Of a stretch of DNA of 64,000 nucleotides, positions 59,433 to 64,000 are shown in pieces. Source of the stretch: Spirochaetia bacterium (GTDB lineage: Bacteria > Spirochaetota > Spirochaetia > SZUA-6 > Bin103); the NCBI GenBank assembly GCA_965203055.1, contig OZ241863.1:3776001-3840000 (forward strand), given 5' to 3'. Numbering within the stretch: the stretch's first letter is position 1; every line of letters begins with the position of its first letter. Both the position numbers and the translations under genes were made by a program. Under the pieces are notes generated by a model. That model was not told the DNA's origin and searched no databases. It saw nothing but the letters and a program-made list of their open reading frames with translations.

Positions 59433-61255
59433 TGGGCTTCATCATGGACGGCATCGGCGCCGAGGATTACGACCGCACCTACGGCGACCGCGAGCTGGTG
59501 CGGCGCATCCTCTCCTACTTCCGGGCCGAGGGCCGGCGCATGCTGATCGTGTCGCTGGCGGTAGCCGCCGCCGCGGTGCTCACCACGGCGCTGCCGGTGG
59601 TGATGTCGCGCGCCATCGATCTGGTAGCGGGCCCCGGCGCCGCCCCCGGCACCATCGCCGCCATCGTGGTCGCCGTCGCGCTGTTGAACGCGGGAAGCTG
59701 GGGGCTGAACGCGGTGCGCCGCCTGCTCGGCGCCCGCGCCATCGGCAACGTCGTGCTGCGCATGCGCGCCGCCGCCTTCGACGCGCTGATGCGCCACGAT
59801 CTGTCGTTCTACGACCGGTATCCCACCGGCAGCATCGTGAGCCGGGTGGCCGCCGACACCCAGGCGTTCTCCGAGGTGGTGGCGCTCACCATGGAAGTGG
59901 CGAGCCAGGTCACCATGGTGCTGCTGGTCTTCGGCTACCTGTTCACCGTCGATCCGGTGCTGACGCTGATCACGCTGGCGCTGGTACCGGTGGTGATCGG
60001 CGCGGCGCTCGGCTTCCGGCGCCTGGCGCGCGACGTGGTCACCCAGGCGCGGCGCGCGGTGGCCGAGGTCAGCGCCCACGTGCACGAGACGGTGAGCGGC
60101 ATCAACATCGCCAAGTCGTTCCGCAAGGAACAGGTCCTGTACGAGCAGTTCACCACCGTCAACCGGCGCTCGTTCCGCCTGAGCTGGCGTTCCGGCGTGG
60201 TGTTCTCGAGCATCTTCCCGGTGCTGTTCACGCTGGCCGGGCTGGGCACCGCGATCCTGGCCTACAGCGGCGGCCTGCGCGCGGCGAGCGGCGGGCTGAC
60301 CATCGGCGGCTGGTACCTGTTCCTGCAGGGGGTCGGGCTGCTGTGGTTCCCACTCACCTCCATCGCCTCGTTCTGGAGCCAGTTTCAACTCGGCCTGGCG
60401 GCCGGGGAACGGGTGTTCGCGCTGATCGACGCCGAGCCGCAGGTGACGCAGACCGCGGCGCAGCCGGTGGCGGCGCTGACCGGCGCCATCGAGCTGCGCA
60501 ACGTCACCTTCCACTACAAGGAAGGGGAGCGGGTGTTCGACGACTTCTCGCTCACCGTCCACCCCGGTGAGACCCTGGCGCTGGTGGGCCACACCGGCTC
60601 CGGCAAGTCGAGCATCACCAAGCTGGTGGCGCGGTTCTACGAGTATCAGGGCGGTCGCATCCTGATCGATGGGCGCGACGTGCGCACCCTCGACCTGGCC
60701 GGTTTCCGCTCCCGCCTCGGCTTCGTCACCCAGACGCCGTTCCTGTTCAACGGCACCGTCATGGACAACATCCGCTACGGGCGCAGCGACGCCGGCGACG
60801 CCGAGGTGGCGGCGGCCGCGCGGCGGGTCGGCGCCGGCGACTGGATCGCAACCCTGCCGGACGGCCTGACCACCGAGGTGGCCGAGCGCGGCCGCAACCT
60901 GTCGCTGGGCCAGCGCCAGCTCATCGCGCTGGCGCGGGTGCTGTTGCAGGACCCCGCGGTGATCATGCTCGACGAGGCCACCGCGAGCGTCGATCCGCTC
61001 ACCGAAGCGCTGATTCAGGAGGGCCTGGACGAGCTGCTGCGCGCCCGTACCGCGATCGTCATCGCGCACCGGCTGTCCACCGTCCGGCAGGCCGACCGCA
61101 TCGTGGTGCTGCGCGCCGGGCGCATCATCGAACAGGGCTCCCATGACGGCCTGCTGCAGGCGGGCGGCCACTACGCGGAGCTGTACAACACCTACTTCCG
61201 CCACCAGAGCCTGGAATACGTGCAGGCCGCCGGAGAGCTGCCGCCTCACCGGTGA
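59432..61255 (+). CDS. ABC exporter, fused permease/ATPase (subunit 2)
   Basis: GHTGSGKSS, LSLGQRQL, MLDEATASVD and IAHRLST; heterodimeric pair with the upstream gene. Confidence 0.93.
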   Translation: MGFIMDGIGAEDYDRTYGDRELVRRILSYFRAEGRRMLIVSLAVAAAAVLTTALPVVMSRAIDLVAGPGAAPGTIAAIVVAVALLNAGSWGLNAVRRLLGARAIGNVVLRMRAAAFDALMRHDLSFYDRYPTGSIVSRVAADTQAFSEVVALTMEVASQVTMVLLVFGYLFTVDPVLTLITLALVPVVIGAALGFRRLARDVVTQARRAVAEVSAHVHETVSGINIAKSFRKEQVLYEQFTTVNRRSFRLSWRSGVVFSSIFPVLFTLAGLGTAILAYSGGLRAASGGLTIGGWYLFLQGVGLLWFPLTSIASFWSQFQLGLAAGERVFALIDAEPQVTQTAAQPVAALTGAIELRNVTFHYKEGERVFDDFSLTVHPGETLALVGHTGSGKSSITKLVARFYEYQGGRILIDGRDVRTLDLAGFRSRLGFVTQTPFLFNGTVMDNIRYGRSDAGDAEVAAAARRVGAGDWIATLPDGLTTEVAERGRNLSLGQRQLIALARVLLQDPAVIMLDEATASVDPLTEALIQEGLDELLRARTAIVIAHRLSTVRQADRIVVLRAGRIIEQGSHDGLLQAGGHYAELYNTYFRHQSLEYVQAAGELPPHR

Positions 61256-61264
61256 TGCGCGCGC

Positions 61265-61324
61265 GGCCAAAATAGCCCTGTATTTCAGCCACTCATTGGC
61301 TAAAATAGCCCTTGATTTCAGCCA
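61265..61324. promoter_or_regulatory. Tandem 27-bp imperfect palindromic direct repeat (operator-like)
   Basis: GGCCAAAATAGCCCTGTATTTCAGCCA (61265-61291) and GGCTAAAATAGCCCTTGATTTCAGCCA (61298-61324); period 33 bp. Confidence 0.6.
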
Positions 61325-61369
61325 TCAGGCCCGGTATGGTGAAGGGCATCGCGACCTGGGAGGCTACTT

Positions 61370-62758
61370 GTGCGGCGACTGGCGGACGGCGTTCTGGACA
61401 CCTGGGCGCAGGAGGATGGCCGCCGTCCCCTGCTGATTCGCGGCGCCCGGCAGGTCGGCAAGACGTACGCGGTTACGACGCTTGCCGAACGGAGATTCTC
61501 CGACTTCGCGGAACTCAATCTGGAGCAGGAGCCGCGCTACCGGCGTTGCTTCGACACGCTGCAGCCGCGGGCGATCCTGGACCAGGTGGGCGTGCTGCGG
61601 GGAAAGCCGGTCGAGCCGGGCCGCACCCTGCTCTTCCTCGACGAAATTCAGGAGTGCCCGGCCGCCATCATGGCGCTGCGCTACTTCTACGAGCAGCTGC
61701 CCGATCTGCACGTGATCGGAGCCGGATCGTTGCTGGAGTTCGCCCTGGAGGCGGAGCGGCTGCGGATGCCGGTCGGGCGGGTCCAGCCGCTGTTCATGCA
61801 CCCGCTGTCGTTCGCGGAGTTCCTGACGGCGTCCGAAGAGGAACCCGCGCTGCATGCTTCGAGGAGGATGGCCGGCGCGAGCGCCGCGGTGCACGACCAC
61901 CTGCTGGCCGTGCTGCGAACCTACCTGCTGCTTGGCGGCATGCCGGCCGTGGTGGCCGAGTACCGCAGGACCGGCAGCGTGATGCGGGCGGCGCGGGTTC
62001 AGACCGCCATCACCCAGACGTTTCGCGACGACTTCGGCAAGTATGCGCGAGTCTCCCGCCATCCGCACCTGGATCGGGTGTTCCTGCACGCCGCGCGGCT
62101 GGTCGGGAGCAAGTTCGTGTACTCCAAGGTCGACCCGGACAGCCGGGCGCGCGAGTTGCGCGCGGCGGTGGAACTGTTGGAGCGGGCCGGACTGGTGCAC
62201 CGGGTGCGCTCCGCCTCGGGCGCCGGCCTGCCGTTGGGAGCGGAGGCGGACGACCGCCACTACAAGCTGGTCATGCTCGACGTCGGTCTGATGCAGAATC
62301 TGAGCGGCGCCACCGAGCAGCTCCTGGACGGCGACCCGATGCGGATCGACGGCGGAGCGGTTGCCGAGCAGTTCGCCGGCCAGGAGCTGCTGGCCCACCG
62401 CAGTCCGTACGAGCGGCCGGAGCTGTTCTACTGGCACCGGAGGCAGCGGAACAGCAGCGCCGAGGTCGACTATCTGGTGGCGGCGCGCGGCCGGGTGGTG
62501 CCGGTGGAGGTCAAGGCGGGCAAGACCGGGCGGCTGCGGAGCCTGGCCGTGTTCGCGGAGCAGTATCGGCCGCCGCTGGCGGTGCGCGTCTATGGGGACC
62601 GCTTCCGCCGCGACGGCGACGTCGTGTCGGTGCCACTCTACGGTCTGGAGCGCCTGCGCCCGTTCCTGGCTCAGGCAATCGCCGCGGAGGGGGCGGGCCA
62701 CCCGCGGCGCGCCGGGCCGAATCGCCTGCCGCCGGATGCCGTAGTTTCGGGACCTTGA
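61370..62758 (+). CDS. AAA_14 ATPase with DUF4143 domain
   Basis: RGARQVGKT, LFLDEIQ, GAGSLL, GGMPAVV, KLVMLDVGL and EVDYL...PVEVKAG. Confidence 0.9.
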   Translation: MRRLADGVLDTWAQEDGRRPLLIRGARQVGKTYAVTTLAERRFSDFAELNLEQEPRYRRCFDTLQPRAILDQVGVLRGKPVEPGRTLLFLDEIQECPAAIMALRYFYEQLPDLHVIGAGSLLEFALEAERLRMPVGRVQPLFMHPLSFAEFLTASEEEPALHASRRMAGASAAVHDHLLAVLRTYLLLGGMPAVVAEYRRTGSVMRAARVQTAITQTFRDDFGKYARVSRHPHLDRVFLHAARLVGSKFVYSKVDPDSRARELRAAVELLERAGLVHRVRSASGAGLPLGAEADDRHYKLVMLDVGLMQNLSGATEQLLDGDPMRIDGGAVAEQFAGQELLAHRSPYERPELFYWHRRQRNSSAEVDYLVAARGRVVPVEVKAGKTGRLRSLAVFAEQYRPPLAVRVYGDRFRRDGDVVSVPLYGLERLRPFLAQAIAAEGAGHPRRAGPNRLPPDAVVSGP

Positions 62759-62796
62759 TCCGGGTTAGCCTTGCAAATCAGGAGTTAGCTCCCGTT

Positions 62797-63957
62797 ATGC
62801 CGGCTACCGACCGAGTGCTCGACATCGACCTGCCGCCGCGCCAGTCGGCATTCCTGTGGGGCGCCCGCAAGACCGGCAAGTCGACCTACCTGCGCCGGCG
62901 GTTCCCTGACAGCCTGAGCTTCGATCTGCTCGACTCCGATCTGCTCATCGATCTGCTCCGGCGACCGGCGCTGCTGCGCGAGCGGCTGCTGGCCCGGCCC
63001 GCGCATCTGCTGGCCAAGCCGGTGATCATCGACGAGGTGCAGAAGGCGCCGCAGCTCCTGGATGAGGTCCACCGGCTCATCGAGGAGCGCGGGCTGCGGT
63101 TCATCCTGTGCGGTTCGAGCGCGCGCAAGCTGAAGCGCGGCCGGGCCAACCTGCTCGGCGGCCGCGCCTGGCGCTACGAGATGTTCCCGTTCGTCACCGC
63201 GGAGCTGGATGGCGTGGACCTGCTGCGGGTGTTGAACCGCGGCATGATCCCCTCCCACTACCTGGCCGGCGGCTACCGCAAGTCGCTCGCCGCGTACCTG
63301 CGCGACTACCTGGCGGAGGAGGTCTTCGCCGAAGGCTTGACGCGCAACGTGGGCGCCTTCGCGCGCTTCTTCGAGGCGGTCGGCTACTCGCACGGCCAGC
63401 TCACCAACTACGCGAACATCGCGCGCGACTGCGGGGTCGACGCCAAGACGGTCCGCGAGTACTACCAGATCCTCTGCGACACGCTCCTGGGGAGGATGGT
63501 GCTGCCGTACCGCAAGCGCCAGGACCGGCGCGTGCTGTCGCGCACCCCGAAGTTCTATCTGTTCGACGTCGGCGTCGCCGGCGCCCTGGTCAAGCGCCGC
63601 ATCGCCGAGCCGCGCGGCGAGCAGTTCGGACACGCACTGGAGCACTTCATCCTGATGGAGCTGGCGGCGCACGCCGCGTACCGCGAGCTGCACTACGACA
63701 TCCACTATTGGCGCACCGGTTCCGGGCTGGAGGTGGACTTCATCCTGGGCGCCGGCGAGGTGGCGGTCGAGGTGAAGGGTTCGGCGCACGTCCGCGACCG
63801 GGAGCTGCGTCCGTTGCGCGCCTTCGTGGAGGAGCATCGGCCGCGGGCCGCGCTGGTGGTGAGCACCGAACCTGCCGAGCGCGCCGTCGGCGGCATCGGC
63901 ATCGTGCCGTGGAAGAGCTTCCTGAGCCGCCTCTGGGGCGGCGAGATCATCGCCTGA
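62797..63957 (+). CDS. AAA_14 ATPase with DUF4143 domain (second, divergent paralog)
   Basis: WGARKTGKST, IIDEVQK, CGSSARKLK...NLLGGRA, PKFYLFDVGV and YWRT..GLEVDFI...VEVK. Confidence 0.9.
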   Translation: MPATDRVLDIDLPPRQSAFLWGARKTGKSTYLRRRFPDSLSFDLLDSDLLIDLLRRPALLRERLLARPAHLLAKPVIIDEVQKAPQLLDEVHRLIEERGLRFILCGSSARKLKRGRANLLGGRAWRYEMFPFVTAELDGVDLLRVLNRGMIPSHYLAGGYRKSLAAYLRDYLAEEVFAEGLTRNVGAFARFFEAVGYSHGQLTNYANIARDCGVDAKTVREYYQILCDTLLGRMVLPYRKRQDRRVLSRTPKFYLFDVGVAGALVKRRIAEPRGEQFGHALEHFILMELAAHAAYRELHYDIHYWRTGSGLEVDFILGAGEVAVEVKGSAHVRDRELRPLRAFVEEHRPRAALVVSTEPAERAVGGIGIVPWKSFLSRLWGGEIIA

Positions 63958-63962
63958 CCCGT

Positions 63963-63992
63963 ATTGACCAGTGTGTCAATCCGGTGTAAATG
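63963..63992 (+). promoter_or_regulatory. Possible sigma70-type promoter overlapped by a palindrome
   Basis: TTGACC-17 nt-TAAATG; ATTGAC-N6-GTCAAT inverted repeat over the -35 box; ATG at the window edge. Confidence 0.4.
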
Positions 63993-64000
63993 CCATGCTT

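Noticed and set aside
61312..62796. N-terminal 495 codons of the 881-aa ORF (possible fusion)
   Set aside because: Low-complexity alternate-frame reading over the first DUF4143 gene; the real gene starts at ATG 62797 after an AGGAG RBS.

Overview
High-GC bacterial chromosome segment with a housekeeping backbone (family-B DNA polymerase, AddB/AddA-like pair, menH/menB, ileS, nfo, a Gld-type ABC cluster, ggt, a heterodimeric ABC exporter) and two accessory islands. Island 1 (~17.05-33.3 kb, between menB and ileS) is a defence island. It holds an internally deleted adenine methyltransferase remnant, an uncharacterised protein with tandem repeats and alpha-CTD-like motifs, and a PIN toxin-antitoxin pair. 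Its core is a co-directional minus-strand DNA phosphorothioation operon: PT-associated methyltransferase (split), sspA-sspB-sspC-sspD, SNF2 helicase, GIY-YIG nuclease and a DGQHR/DndB protein. No SspE or SspFGH is recognisable, so the last three genes are a candidate new effector module. Island 2 (~41.7-46.05 kb) is a lower-GC minus-strand array of small orphan genes, interrupted by an IS186-like IS4 element. Four of its genes are preceded by a tRNA-Pro or by a ~46-nt anticodon-less tRNA-like element (6-bp outer stem, 6-bp T stem, GG mini-loop), followed by a hairpin, RBS and GTG start. This suggests a tRNA-mimic-punctuated gene array. The IleRS carries a non-canonical GVHH signature. All calls come from reading motifs by eye; no database searches were run. 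Several single frameshifts may be assembly errors.
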